Shown here in pieces: positions 25,370 to 40,302 of a stretch of DNA of 64,000 bases. Made by a program: the position numbers and the translations under genes. Source of the DNA: Eledone cirrhosa (Eukaryota); the NCBI GenBank assembly GCA_964016885.1, contig OZ024748.1, forward strand, positions 47,182,001-47,246,000, read 5' to 3'. Under the pieces are notes generated by a model. It saw only the letters and a program-made list of their open reading frames with translations, was not told the origin of the DNA and did no database searches. The stretch's first letter is position 1. Each line of letters opens with the position of its first letter.

Positions 25370-28300
25370 TAGCTGTCTTTGGGCAAACCGCAGCGGGACA
25401 TCTAGATCGTATTTAGATAGGTTCTTCATTAGAGAAAGGGACAAGGAGATGTTAAGCTGTCCACGAATGCACATGGTTGCCTATTCAGGTCACAAATTAG
25501 TCGTCTGCTTAGTCAACCGTGGTAGAACACATAAACAGGAACCCGGATACTGGAAGCTGAACGTATCGTTGCCGGCACGTAAAGCTTACAGTGAACGGAT
25601 AAGTAGACTACTCAAGCAACAGTTAACGGGAGCCATCGTCAGCAATAGATGGTGGTACTCTCTCAAGAAAGCAATTAGAATAGAATAGATAGGGTATAGC
25701 AGAGAGTTAGTCTTAGAGAAAAACAGAATAGAAAGAGAACTAGTAGCCAAGGTAGAGGAGGCACTTAGGAGTGGCAACGCGGCTAGAGTGTTAGCGTCGA
25801 GAACGGCACTGGACCAATTCTTCGATGCGAAATACGAAGGCTGCGTGGTCAGAAGCAAAACACGTGCTCTGGGAAACGAAGGAGCGAAAGCTGTCAGCTG
25901 GGCCCGAGTGGCGGGGGCAAAAAGTGGCAACAAGTCCACGATTCGGTCTTTGAAAGACCAAAACGGACGCGTGCTACTTGACCCCAAGCAAATGTGCGCG
26001 GCCTTTCAGCATCACTTTGCGCGACTGTTTGAACAGAACGACGGTGAGCGGAACGGGCAATGGACTTTAGTTCATACCTCGACGACCTGCCGCATCGCTC
26101 GAACACGGACACCGAGTTTGCGAAAGACCGATCACGGACACTGAGATACGGGACGCTCTGGGGCGCTGCGGGAAATGCAAGTCACCGGGTCTAGATGGTC
26201 TACCCTATGATGTTTACATAGGCATGCCGGACTTGTTCTCTGGCGTCCTCGAAGCCGTCTACTGCAATTGGCAGCATAACGGGAGAATTCCCAGTTCTTC
26301 AGGCAAGTGCGTAGTAACGCTGATCAGGAAAGACGAGAACAAGGGGGACGAAATTAACAACTTCAGGCCCATAACTCTGCTCAACACAGAGTTAAAGATT
26401 TTGGCCAAGGTGCTAGAGACTAGGTTGGCACTTGTCGTCGAGAACCTGGTAGGGAAAGCGTAAACGTGTGGAATCCCGACCAGGTCCATACACGACAATC
26501 TCCACCTCATAATTTACATCATAGAGAGGGTGGGTAGTAAACCGGGCTTCGGTGGGGCTCTGATCAATTTGGATCAGTCTAAGGCATTCGATAGGGTCGA
26601 CAATCGATACTTGGAAGCGGTTCTCAAGGCGGCCGGTTTCGGTCCCGTGTTCAGAGGCTGGATCGAGGCGATGCACACCAGGATCTGCTCGAGGGTCAGG
26701 GTGAACGGCTACGTATCGGAGCCGTTCGCAATCATGCGTTCCATTCGACAGGGGTGCCCTCTCTCCTCCATTCTGTATGTATTGACTCTAGAGCCACTAC
26801 TGCGGAAATTGGAGCTGTTGCAGGGCATCCCTCTAGAACCGGGACTGCGCAAAGCGGGGTCGGCTTATGCCGACGACGTGACGGTAATGGTGTCGAGCAC
26901 CTCGAAAATCGGGGTGATCGGCATCTTACTGAAAGAATACGAAACGCTGACGGGAGGAAAATTAACCCGGACAAGTCTGTCGGTTTGCAACTCGGTACGT
27001 GGAAAGGCAAACCGATGACGTCCGACAGCGTCGTTGGACGCTGGACGGACGGACCGGTGAAATTGCTCGGGGTATGGTTCGTTCCAGACCTCAAGGTGGA
27101 GAAAAACTGGAACGAGGTCACGGCCAGGGTTTTTGCACTCACGCAGAAGTGGGCAGAGTGCAAACTGTCCTTGAAAGTTCGAGTGGAGATGTCGGACACT
27201 TTCATAGCGTCCGTGTTCTACTACCGCTTGACGGTCGTGCCTTGTCCCCGTGAACACCTCGCCAGGATGGAACGCATGGTCTTCCAGTTTTTGTGGAAGA
27301 AGCAGGCTCCGCTGGTGAGGAGATCCGTCTGCTGTCAGCACCATTCCAACGGAGGGATGGGAATGCCATGGCTGATGATGCGCAAACATGCGCTGAGGCT
27401 GCGGCATCTCCATGTATTCCGCACCGACCCCCAACCGGTGTGGGCACCGTTTGTGAGACAGGCTTTCCCACAGCTCGTCTCGCTGACGGAGCTGCAGTCC
27501 TGGGTCAAGAAAAGACCGAAAACGTGGGCGCCTGGTACATTGAATGCGCTCAGGCACTCACAGTCCTCTGGCAAGCGGGCGCATCAATCAGTGGAGACTC
27601 CACTTCGACATTCTATAGAGGGATTGACGTGACAAGGGCGACGACGTGCTCGGAGAGACTCTGGGCGTCGAAGACGATGAGCTCACCAGTCTGTTTGGTA
27701 GGACTTTCCGCCCGGGACCTATGGGCAACTTCCAGATGTCCCTGGCCTGGCAGTGCTACCGAGGAGCTCTACCGGTTCGTGACAAGATCTACAGCCACGG
27801 ACGATCGGTGGCGATCCTTCCAAGAGGACGTGTCCAAGATGCACGCAGGACATTGAAACAGTACTGCACGCAATTGTACACTGCCCGGGCGTAACCGACC
27901 TGTGGAACTATGCAGAACAACACAACTGTTGTCGCGCATGGGACAAATCCAGTTGACTGCCGAGTCCATAGTAAGGATCAAACCGCCAGACTCTTTCAAA
28001 AACGAAAGAGAGGCGGTTTTCCTCTGTACACTGGGTATGGTGAAAGAAGTTATATGGTGGACGAGATTGAGAGGACTGAGGACAGATGCCTTTCTCTCCG
28101 GACAACAATTGATTCCCTTCTTTAAGCATCACTTTAGAAGGAGAATCAGGGTGGAGATAGAGGCACTGCACCCCAGTAAATTTACTGAAAGGTGGGTGAA
28201 TGAAGCGAAAATGGCCCGAGTGATTGGGCCTTCTCTGTTGAGAAGCCTGTAGGTTAAAGAAGAGACCAATAGGAAGAAAGGAGCACTTACACAACATGCT

Positions 28301-28490
28301 CCTGGAGTTGAGGGTTGTTCTATCTACGGGGTATTAAACAACCCATTTGTGGCGCTTCACTCCTATTGGGGATTTCGATTGTTGTAATTGTTTGTTTTAT
28401 ATGTTTTACACGACTGTATGTAAAATCCCCGGCATGTGTCTTTGTATTGTCCCCTTTTCTTGTGCGACCTTGTGGCAAATAAAGAAGTAT
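25370..28490 (+). mobile_element. 5'-truncated Tx1/L1-like LINE (ORF2 pseudogene + 3' UTR)
   Basis: SRSYLDRFF..SGHKLV..PGYWKLNVSL (APE end); KSPGLDGLP; NFRPITLLN; LDQSKAFDRVD; SIRQGCPLS; AYADDVT; GGMGMP. Contains stops and frameshifts, and ends aaataaagaa + microsatellite. Confidence 0.93.
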
Positions 28491-28499
28491 ATATATATC

Positions 28500-28585
<86 letters not shown>

Positions 28586-28588
<3 letters not shown>

Positions 28589-28935
28589 GATATTAAATAA
28601 ATGGAAACTATATTTATAAAACCATATTTATTTCATTATACATATTTCAGGGATACCAAATTAAAATATGGTATGCCTTCATCAGACAAAATACAATATA
28701 TAAACAGTTTTATAAATAATTTTGACGTACCCTATTAAATGCAACCATTATTTATGGAAGCTGTCTGGATTTTAATTTGGTATCCCTGAAATATGTATAA
28801 TGAAATAAATATGGTTTTATAAATATAGTTTCCATTTATTTAATATCGTATATCTACTCCAAAAACTTATCGAGTGCTTTATATCAGTTATAAAATATTT
28901 ACTTGTATCCCAACAATTTTAAATAGAACTTTTGC

Positions 28936-28936
<1 letters not shown>
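28586..28936. mobile_element. Family C fold-back in (TA)n (arms 28586-28665 / 28771-28852)
   Basis: Inverted arms with a ~105 bp spacer. The hammerhead runs from the spacer into the left arm. Confidence 0.85.
28629..28693 (-). ncRNA. Type I hammerhead motif
   Basis: Reverse complement: tattttgt-CTGATGA-aggcatacca..tggtatccct-GAAA-tatgta-TA-atgaaata. Confidence 0.75.
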
Positions 28937-28965
<29 letters not shown>

Positions 28966-28966
<1 letters not shown>

Positions 28967-29159
28967 GGTTTGTTATTGAAACAGCGAACGAGTTTGAAAT
29001 TAGCTTTCATCGTATTTTTTGCTAAAGAAATTTTAGGCTGATAATGGGGTTTAGAACCCTAAAATACATGGAAAAAAGATGAGTATTGACATCTTTTTTC
29101 CATTTCTTAGAGTGTTCTGAACCCCATAATCACATAATCAGGCTAACATTTCTTTAGTG

Positions 29160-29162
<3 letters not shown>
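28966..29162. repeat. Decayed fold-back, same family as 63055-63314
   Basis: gaaacagcgaacgagtttga..ctaaagaaat..ggggtttagaaccct..atggaaaaaagatgagtattgac followed by the inverted atcttttttccattt..aacccc..atttctttagt. Confidence 0.75.
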
Positions 29163-29244
<82 letters not shown>

Positions 29245-29526
29245 ATATATTATATATATATATATAATATATTCCTAATATAGCAATGCTCGTGGAAATA
29301 GCTACTTTTCTAAAGGAAGAGAGCTCAATACGTACAGAGTATATTGTCTCAACGTTTTCCAATACTTCATACTTTATGTAACTTATTAGTTTCAAAACCG
29401 CCATCTTGTCATAATTTATTTCTTTATCTTGGCTTATTTGTTGGTACTTATTGTTTTGTGTTTATTTTTCATAATTTCGTGGTATTGTTTTTACCATTTC
29501 CTCTTACTTTTCCTCCTCCTACGTCG

Positions 29527-29632
29527 TCTTCTTCTTCTTCTTCTTCTTCTTCTTCTTCTTCTTCTTCTTCTTCTTCTTCTTCTTCTTCTTCTTCTTCTTC
29601 TTCTTCTTCTTCTTCTTCTTCTTCTTCATCTT
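29527..29632. repeat. (TCT)n microsatellite
   Basis: Direct run. Confidence 0.95.
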
Positions 29633-29958
29633 CGCCCCACCCTTCTTCTGTCTATGTCTACAGTATCTTTGAAGGAAGGAACGGACCATCTTTGACTTTT
29701 TAAGTCACATCAAATGAAGACAGTGTCATTGTTTTGGCAGACTTGACTAGCGAATTAGACACCTAATTTAGACATCTCATACCTCCTCTTCAGCTTCCTC
29801 ATCTGTATCCTGAGCCTCTTCCTCTTTACCCTCCTCCTTGTGATCATTCTGTTGATGCTTTTTTTTATTTTTTATTTTTGTCTTTTTTTTTTGCTTCTTC
29901 TTGTTTTTCATCTTGGAGGAAGAAGCAGCCTGTTCTGTATTTGTTTAATTTTATCCCC

Positions 29959-30003
<45 letters not shown>

Positions 30004-30159
30004 TTGTGTAAGTTGTTGTTGTTGTTTCTGTGGTGTTTATTTTTAAATGTGAGATCGAATCAGCCATGTGCCTGTTATGTCCACTTTTATCTAATAAGAT
30101 CTGACATGAAGCAAAAGGTTTTTGCCAGAAATATCAGGTGAAGAAACTGAAGGAATATT

Positions 30160-30165
<6 letters not shown>

Positions 30166-30204
<39 letters not shown>

Positions 30205-30267
30205 TGGAGGAAGATAGATATGAAGAGAGAGAAGGGTGTATTTATGAGAAGAAGAAGAAGAAGAAGA

Positions 30268-30298
<31 letters not shown>

Positions 30299-30402
30299 GA
30301 GAGATGTGGAGGAAGAGAGATATGAAGTGAGAGGAGGGTGTATTTATGAGAAGAAGAAGAAGAAGAAGAAGAAGAAGAAGAAGAAGAAGAAGAAGAAGAA
30401 GA

Positions 30403-30438
<36 letters not shown>

Positions 30439-30504
30439 TAGAGGAAGAGAGATATGAAGAGAGAGAAGGGTGTATTTATGAGAAGAAGAAGAAGAAGAAG
30501 AAGA

Positions 30505-30556
<52 letters not shown>

Positions 30557-30626
30557 GAGAGATGTGGAGGAAGAGAGATATGAAGTGAGAGGAGGGTGTA
30601 TTTATGAGAAGAAGAAGAAGAAGAAG

Positions 30627-30657
<31 letters not shown>
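30166..30657. repeat. Compound minisatellite, 4 units of (GA)n + tgtggaggaagagagatatgaag..gggtgtatttatga + (GAA)n
   Basis: The unique core recurs at ~30203, 30305, 30436 and 30562, with alternating variants. Confidence 0.9.
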
Positions 30658-30968
30658 GGTAGTGGTTAAAATTAGCCATAATTTAGTAACCTTTATCCTA
30701 CATCTCATTTTGCAGGGATTTTGTCTTTTTAATGTCTGGGTTTATTTCTCATATGATGTGCTAGTGTCTCCATTTTGTTTAACGTTTTGTTTTTTTCCTT
30801 TTTTATATTTGTTCTGTTGTTTATTTTTGTTATATATTTTGCCAGGAGGTGGCGTTTGCTTTGTCGAACCTCGATATCGAATGGCTAACGTAAAAAACTG
30901 ACCTACATACACATATGCAATCATGCATACATAGATATATACAATCATATATAAAAAATGGTGCATAC

Positions 30969-31000
<32 letters not shown>

Positions 31001-31066
31001 GAGCAGACACTGAATGCAGTTTAGATATTTCCGGTTACTGATAATGTCCACTCCCCGGTTAAATAT

Positions 31067-31117
<51 letters not shown>

Positions 31118-31282
31118 GCACGCACACACACAGACACACGCACGCTCACACACACGCGCACGCACATACGCACACACACACACACGCACGCTCACACACA
31201 CGCGCACGCACATACGCACACACACACACACACACATATATATATAACATATGTGTGTGTGTTTATGCGTATATATGTTTTT

Positions 31283-31365
<83 letters not shown>

Positions 31366-31466
31366 TATATATATAGTATGCTTTCTTCAGATAAAAGCTC
31401 AATGTTGGCTTTCGATGTCAATAATTTAACAGATATTGTATTTTATATATATATATATATATATAT

Positions 31467-31588
<122 letters not shown>

Positions 31589-31648
31589 CAACGCACACAC
31601 ATGCTCACACACAGACACACTCAAACATGCACACACATATATATATAT

Positions 31649-31795
<147 letters not shown>

Positions 31796-31801
31796 TATTT
31801 A

Positions 31802-31849
<48 letters not shown>

Positions 31850-32531
31850 ATGTATGTATATATATATGTGTGTGTGCATGTTTGAGTGTGTGTGTGTGTG
31901 TGTGAGCATGTGTGTGCGTTGGTGTGTAGGTGTGCGTGTTAGTGTTTACGAATATGGGGTGTATCTATATATAAATACTTTAAACTTCCACTAGCATGCC
32001 AATATATTCCATAGGAAATGTAGTGCCAGGACTAAAAACATTTTTCCTCGTCTTAGAGGCATTTTAGACACTAAAACCTTGGCGTATATTGTAATTCGCT
32101 GTTATCAAATCTTCAATGGAACACTACTCTTATATTCCTCATTTAATTTATGGCTATTTTCAATACTAATACATATAAAATATTAGGTAAGAATGTGATC
32201 TTGCATCGCATATATAAAAACCCCGTCTCTGATCTTCTACTTCATTCTCTGGACAAATTGACCATAAGCATAGTAAATCTTATAGATATATAACAGACAG
32301 TTCAAGACCTGTACAACTATATTACAACTATATATATGGAAATATAGAGATATGGTTGTTTTAACTGTGGCTGGTATTACTCTTTGGCTGAAGATTAGTG
32401 ATGATATGTATATATATAGAGGGATACATATACACACATCGATATATATATATATATATATACAGAAAACAAAGAAAAGCGAAGAGTGCAGTACAAAGTG
32501 TTCGTATTAGGTTCACGTTTGAGAGTGGTGG

Positions 32532-32581
<50 letters not shown>

Positions 32582-32595
32582 TATACATACACGGA

Positions 32596-32668
<73 letters not shown>

Positions 32669-32731
32669 TTATATACATACACGGATATTTATATATATAT
32701 ATATATACAGATATATACATACACGGATATT

Positions 32732-32777
<46 letters not shown>

Positions 32778-32969
32778 AGTGTGTTTTTGCGTGTATGTAC
32801 ATATGTATTTCTATATGCATATGCGTGTGTATGTCTAAGTATTTATTGTATTTCCATATTTCAGAATCCGATCACCACCAACAGAAACAATAAACCATTT
32901 ATATGAGAAAGATTGAGTTCCAGCAAAAGATGGCAGACAGCAGGATTAGGCAACAGTGTTGCGGGTTAT

Positions 32970-33385
32970 TGTAATAATTGTTTCTACATTTGGCACAAGG
33001 CCAGCAATTATCTCAGTGTATTACTGGTACTTTATTTTATGGAACCCGTAACGATAAAAGGCAAAGTTAACCTTGGCGGGAATTGAACTCAGATCATAAA
33101 GGGCCGTAACTCTTTGCTGCAAAGCATGGCGTCAGACCTTCTACCGAATCTGCCAATCCACCGATCTTGTAATAATTGTTTCTACGTTTGGCACAAGGCC
33201 AGCAATTATTCCAGTGCGTTACTGGTACTTTATTTTATCGACCCAGTAAGGATGAAAGGCAAAGTTAACCTCGGCGGGATTTGAACTCAGAATGGCAAGG
33301 GCAGTAACTCTATGCGTCAAAGCATGGTATCCGATCCTCTACCGATACTGTCAATCAACCGTTCTTGTAATAATTGTTTCTACTC
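32970..33385 (-). mobile_element. Two tandem SINE copies (plus the start of a third)
   Basis: ttgtaataattgtttctac..ggcacaaggccagcaatt at 32970 and 33168, with a partial copy at 33365. Confidence 0.88.
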
Positions 33386-33722
33386 ATGGCACTAGGATAC
33401 GCATCATTATCATCATCATCTTAATTACGAAAAAAAAAAACATTTTAATCTATGATTTAAGCATAAAAAGAAATAACTGAAATTAAAGTATACAGAAAAG
33501 TTTGAATATCAGGAGTGTTTCGACCCCATGGATTTTCATTGTCACCTTGGTGTTTCTATAACAATAAATATGAATCGTAATAAAGTGAAATGCTAATCAA
33601 TTTGGAAAACTTTCGAAATAAATTAAGTTTTAATAGAATATTTTCCGCAAATATCATTTTCTCATTTTAAAAATTGTCATAATATTCACATTTAAAATTC
33701 TTCATTAAAATATAGTTATTGA

Positions 33723-33769
<47 letters not shown>

Positions 33770-35141
33770 TAATCACCATCATAGTTATCATCATCATTAT
33801 TACTCTCCTCATTCTTTTTTCTTTTTATTTATTTTTTCTCATAATTATTACCGAAATAATAATAAATTATTATTTACATTAACTATGATGATTTCTTAAA
33901 TTATACATTTTTCTATATTTATTAAACAAATATATTCTTTCTTTTCTTTCTTTCATTCTTTCTTTCTATCTTTCTCTCTTTCATATTCATTATTAAACTG
34001 AGTTTTGGCAATAAACTTTGTCGCTAATAATAATAAAGAATGATGTTTATAATAAATGATGATTTACCAGCCACAGAGAATCTCGCAGAATATGAAAATC
34101 GTCAGTGGAATGGTAATATGATTAAAATTTACCAAACGTAAACTTGTTGAAGAATTCAATCACGATGTATGTTGGAAACGAAAGTAAAACTAAAACCCAT
34201 ATCTAAAACAATGGCTTGTAGATTTACTGCTGTTTAATTATTATTTTTTTTTTTTTGACAAGGGGATTACCCGAAATATTTCATTATAGAGCAAAGGTGA
34301 AAAGCATTGTTCTTATTTTGCTTTGGGTTATTATTTTTTTTTGTTTTTGTTTTTGGTTTCAATCTTTTATACCTAACATGCATAATAATGATTTGTTTAA
34401 ATAATAATGCTGAATTTCATCATATTTCGTCATATAGAATACACAATTTCATATGTATATGTTTATACATATCTGTGTGTGTTAACGGTAAACAGAAATA
34501 ACAACACAATCGATACAGTATATGGAAGGGATATATTAGGTTAACGCTTGATATAGCAGGAAGAGGGTCTTAACGTTTCGGACTCTAGTCTTTCACCAGA
34601 AGAAAGATGAGAAATAAGATAGATTAAGGGGACGGACGGTTTGGAATTGGAAGTGTATAGTGTACACTCTGGTTACAGTTTTAGATGAGCCCGGGAACAG
34701 ATCTTGGCTCCATACATACATATATATATATGGTGGCTGCCAACTCGTTTTCGAGTACAGCCACTACTTTATATCCATGTAGGAGAACCCCTACCGATGC
34801 GCTGAACGAGTGTGACTTTTTAGTCCAGCCAGCGACTTGAAAACTCTGGTACAAACACTACACTTGTGACAATTATTGACACATAGTGCTGGGCCAATGG
34901 TACCATGTGACGACAAGTGCAGAGAGATCTCCAGATATAAAGCAATGCCTGTGCCGTGAAGCTTTTATAGTGAGCAAAGGCACTGCACAAAGCCAGTCCC
35001 ACTCTCTTAACCAAGATGATATTTACCAAAAAGAAGAACAAGTCAACATCATTGGATACCATCAGGGTTGCAGGTGTTATATCAGAGTTTTCCTTCTCCT
35101 AGAATATATATATCTATATACAAACATACATACACACATAC

Positions 35142-35194
<53 letters not shown>

Positions 35195-36164
35195 GAGAGA
35201 GAAAGAGAGACACACTCAAAAACAAACATACACGCACACAAAACCAGACAGACAGTGATTCCTTCTCTCTCACACACACACACATACACAAACATATATG
35301 AATAGGCATACACACAGACGTTCAAGATCTCAAAAAGAGAGACTGGCGAACATGGAGACACACACATATATAGAGTACACAGGAGAGATAATGGATAGAG
35401 AGTGAGGGGGGGGGCAAATAGAGAGGGTGTGAGAGGGGAGAGGAGGAGAGAAAAACCGAGAAAGAGAGAGGAGAGAGTAAAGATGAAAGGAGAGAGAGAG
35501 AAAGAGAAAGCGAAAGATAGGGAGAAAAACAAGGATAATAAGAGAAGAGAGAGAGCGGGGGGGGGGGGGGCAGAGAGAGAGAGGGGGAAAGAGAGACAGA
35601 GGAAAGGAAGGAGAGCAAGAATCGAAAGAGCGGGAGTAAGAGAAAGAGGAGAGGCAAATTGTGACAGGAGAAAGATAGTAAGAGAGTGAGAGCGAGGTAA
35701 AGCGAGAGACACAGAGAGTAAGAGTAAGAGAGAGAGAGAGAGGTAAAGGGAGAGTAAGAGTAAGAGAGATAGAGAGAGGTTAAGAGATAGAAAGAGAGAG
35801 AGAGAGAAAAAGAGAGGTTAAGAGTAAGAGAGAGAGAGAGAGAAGGAGGAGAGATGGAAAAGGTAGCATCCAATTCTAGTATTTATAATGTAAAGATGTC
35901 GCCATGTAATGGCGCGCAATTATAAAAGTTTCATTAAAACAGCCGATCATTGCTGAACATCACGAACAGACCACAGATGAGATACAACCAAACAGCTAAT
36001 TATTTATATAAACCTATACATCTCTCTATCTCTGTCTATATATATATATATGTGTCGATCTATCTGTTTGTATATCTATCAATATATTTGTTACTCGACG
36101 CATCTATATGCCTCTCTCGTTGTCTAAATCTCTCTCTCTCTTTCTCTCTCTCGCTCTCTCACTG

Positions 36165-36314
<150 letters not shown>

Positions 36315-36339
36315 AGCAAAAGGATATCCAATTTGTTGG

Positions 36340-36556
36340 TAATTCAAAAAATATAAATGTTTATAACTGATTCAGAGCACTCGACAATTTTCTGGAGTAT
36401 AATATTCAATGATATTAAATAAATGGAAACTATATTGATAAAACCATATTCATTCTATTATATATATTTGAAGGGTAGCAAAGTGTTGGTACCTTTGAAA
36501 TATATATAATGGAATAAATATGGTTTTATAAATATAGTTTCCATTTATTTAATATC

Positions 36557-36565
<9 letters not shown>
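36340..36565. mobile_element. Family C fold-back
   Basis: Arms ~36402-36481 / 36486-36565. Confidence 0.8.
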
Positions 36566-36620
<55 letters not shown>

Positions 36621-36621
<1 letters not shown>

Positions 36622-36770
36622 TAGGGCGGGTAAAATTCCCGAGATCCATGGACGAGTTCTCTCCAGCAGTCTCTGTCCCTCATTATCACTGCCATGGCAT
36701 GCGTCTCCAACAGACCAGTATCTGTCCTTAGGGCATCAACATACGTTAGCCTTGGTCTTCCTCTTCCATA
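36621..36770 (-). mobile_element. RTE-like LINE 3' end with (TA)n tail
   Basis: GRGRPRLTYVDALRTDTGLLET..RDRDCWRELVHGSREFYPP*. Confidence 0.7.
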
Positions 36771-36870
36771 TAATTATACGTACTTTACATAGAGCGCTCT
36801 ACATTCCTTTACCTTTTCCACGGAAATACTTAACTTATATACATACATACTCATATATATAAATATATAT

Positions 36871-37223
36871 GTAGAAGTTCTATTGAAGTTGTTGGGATAC
36901 AACAAGCAAATATTTTTATAACTGATATAAAGCACTCAACAAATTATTGGAGTAAAAATACGATATATTAACAAATTGAAACTATATTTATAAAACCATA
37001 TTTATTTCATTATACATATTTCAAGGACACCAAGTCACTATCCGGGAGCTTCCAACAGAAATGGTCGCATTCTTTAAGGGTATGTCAATATTTATTTATA
37101 AAACTGATCTATATTATATTTTATCTGATGAAAGCGCACCATGATTTGACTTGGTGTCCTTGAAATATGTATAATGAAATAAATATGGTTTTATAAATAT
37201 AGTTTCAATTTGTTAATATATCG

Positions 37224-37309
<86 letters not shown>

Positions 37310-37350
37310 CAATATATTAACAAATTGAAACTATATTTATAAAACCATAT
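36871..37350. mobile_element. Family C fold-back with hammerhead
   Basis: 36959-37036 is mirrored by 37147-37225. A further partial arm lies at 37311-37352. Confidence 0.82.
37117..37181 (+). ncRNA. Type I hammerhead motif
   Basis: tattttat-CTGATGA-aagcgcacca..tggtgtcctt-GAAA-tatgta-TA-atgaaata. Helix II differs in sequence from 28629-28693 but still pairs. Confidence 0.75.
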
Positions 37351-37367
37351 TTATATATATATATATA

Positions 37368-37462
37368 TAGAGGGTGTTACCCCAAAATGATTATTGATTA
37401 TTGATTACGACTACAGGCAATATTTATTAGATCGGTGAATACATTTTTCGGGACACCCTGTA
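37368..37462. mobile_element. Tiny Tc1/mariner-type MITE remnant
   Basis: ta-gagggtgt ... ggacaccctg-ta: CAGGGTG-like termini within TA. Confidence 0.45.
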
Positions 37463-37514
37463 TATATGTATATATTTCTTTCTCTTTCTGTTTCTATCTA
37501 TCTACCTATCTATT

Positions 37515-38450
37515 TTGGCCAGCCTGTTCGGTAGGACATTCAGCCCGGGACCTATGGACAACTTCCAGAAGTCCCTGGCCTGGCAGTGCTACCGAGGGGC
37601 TTTACCCGTTCGAGAAAGGCTCTACAGACACGGGCGCCCGGGTAGGGACCCCGCCAAAAAGATCTGTCCCAGATGCGTGTGCGACGAGGAAACCGTTGCA
37701 CACACATTAGTACACTGCTCGGGCGTAGCCGATCTGTGGGGCTATGTCGAACAACTGCTGTCAAGGGTGGGACCGATCCGGTTGACCACCGAGTCTATTG
37801 TAATGATCAAGCCGCCTCCCCCCTTCAAAGATGAAGCAGAGGCGGTGTTTCTGTGCGTAATAGCCATGGCGAAAGAGGTTGTATGGTGGACGCGTCTGAA
37901 AGGACTGAGGTCGGGCACCTTTCTCTCTGGCCAACAACTGGTCCGTTTCTTCCGATATCATTTCGGAAGAAGGATCAGGATGGAGAGAGAGGTGCTGCAC
38001 CCCAGCCGTTTCTATGAAAGATGGGTGAAAGTGGCGAGAATGGCCCGTGTGAATGGGCCTTCACTCTACATCAGACTATAGGTGAGGAAGATGAAAGACC
38101 AAGGGAGCACCCCTTCTCTGTGCTCCTGAGGAGAAGGGTTGCACACTTTTTCGGGGGTGTGTGCGACCCCCCAAGGCGCCTCCTCTCTATTGAGGATTTT
38201 GTTAAAAATTTTATTTTTTGTTATATCTTATTTTATTTTTATACTTTGTTATTGCCTCCTCCTTATTGAGGACGCCTTTTTGTGTAAACTCCCCCCTTTG
38301 TACTTGTCCCACTTTTGATGCCCTAGTGGCAAATAAAAGAAATATATCTATTTATTACCTCCTCCTTATTGAGGACCCCTTTTTATGTAAACCCCTCCCA
38401 TTGTACTTGTCCCACTCTTTGATGCCCTGGTGGCAAATAAAAAGAAAGAT
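37515..38450 (+). mobile_element. 3' fragment of the Tx1/L1-like LINE with a duplicated 3' UTR end
   Basis: ORF 37515-38081 (SLAWQCYRGALPVR..CPRCVCDEETVAHTLVHC) is homologous to 27690-28250. The 3' end is repeated at 38255-38342 and 38358-38447. (TATC)n flanks both sides. Confidence 0.9.
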
Positions 38451-38456
38451 ATCTAT

Positions 38457-38488
<32 letters not shown>

Positions 38489-38552
38489 ATATATCTCACG
38501 CTGTCTCTCTAACTTTCTCTCCCACTCTTTCTCTCTACCACACACGCACACA

Positions 38553-38584
<32 letters not shown>

Positions 38585-39139
38585 CTACATATATATAGAT
38601 GCATATTTAAATATATTTATATGTTAGAAAGAGAGAGTCAGAGTGTGTGTGTGTGTGTTATCTATTTAACTGTCTGCGTTATCAACTATTTGTCTCTGGG
38701 TCGGTCTAGCTATCTATTCATATGAATGAGTCTGTGTGAGGTTCTGTGTGTATGTGTATGTATGTGTGTGCATGTGTGTGTTGTGTATGTGTGTGTATGT
38801 GGGAGTGTATGTGTGTGTATGTATGTGTATGTGTATGTATGCGTGTGTGTATGGGTATGTATGTGTGTGTGTGTATGTGTGTGTATGTGTATGTATGTGT
38901 GTGTATGCGTATGTATGTGTGTGTATGTGTGTGTGTGTATGTGTGTGTATGTGTATGTGTGTGTACAGGCGACTACTTCGTTTGAATATTTATGTTTATA
39001 AAAGCAAAATGAGTTCAATAATCTCTAAAATGAAAGAATATATTCATTTACACACTAATATTTACATATATGCATACATACATACACGCACGTACGTACG
39101 CACACACACACATATATATGTATATATATATATATATAT

Positions 39140-39171
<32 letters not shown>

Positions 39172-39217
39172 TATATATATAAATACATATACATATATGT
39201 ATATATATATATAAATG

Positions 39218-39267
<50 letters not shown>

Positions 39268-39288
39268 TACTCTTTTCCTATATATAAG

Positions 39289-39324
<36 letters not shown>

Positions 39325-39383
39325 CATATATATTGATATATTTATTGATATATTTATACACGCACACACACATATGAGCGTGT

Positions 39384-39451
<68 letters not shown>

Positions 39452-39701
39452 TATATACATATAGCTGTGTATATGTGACTATGTGGGGGTGGGTGTGTGT
39501 ACTGCTCTCAGCACATCAATTTTTTAGTTATTTCTTTCAGATCTATAATTAATACCTAGATTGGCATAATGTCTAACATCGTTTTTTCAATAATGTTAAA
39601 CATTAATTTACATTATGTACATTGTGTATATATACAGACATATATATATATATATATTTATATACAAACTCTAAATATATATATTTATATATATATATAT
39701 A

Positions 39702-39765
<64 letters not shown>

Positions 39766-39819
39766 ATATATGTATATATATATATATATATATATCTGTT
39801 TGAGTGAGTGTGTGTGTAT

Positions 39820-39906
<87 letters not shown>

Positions 39907-40122
39907 CCTAAAATATGCAAATATAGTTTCTCTTGTAGCCACCTCCCCACTATTTGCCTCCAGCCATTTACTTTGATCTTAGTAGCTAATAAATGGAATT
40001 TATATTGAATATATAAGCACTTATATATATACACACAGCAAATATTCATGCACGTACTCGTGTATTCATACATATATATTATATATATATATACATTTGT
40101 GTTTGTGTGTGATTGTTTGTGC

Positions 40123-40189
<67 letters not shown>

Positions 40190-40237
40190 TATATATACAT
40201 ATATATATATATATGTATATATATATGTATATATATT

Positions 40238-40302
<65 letters not shown>

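Noticed and set aside
26732-27557. Long antisense ORFs over the LINE RT
   Set aside because: They are shadow ORFs of GC-rich LINE coding sequence with no recognisable motifs.
33990-34300. Possible host exon or conserved non-coding island
   Set aside because: No supportable ORF, splice pattern or recognisable motif from the sequence alone.
34567-34605. Minus-strand tctt-CTGGTGA..GAAAC-GTT-aaga
   Set aside because: It has the hammerhead layout but A6 is mutated. It is counted only as a decayed copy, together with 6175-6215, ~10035-10065 and 55404-55440.
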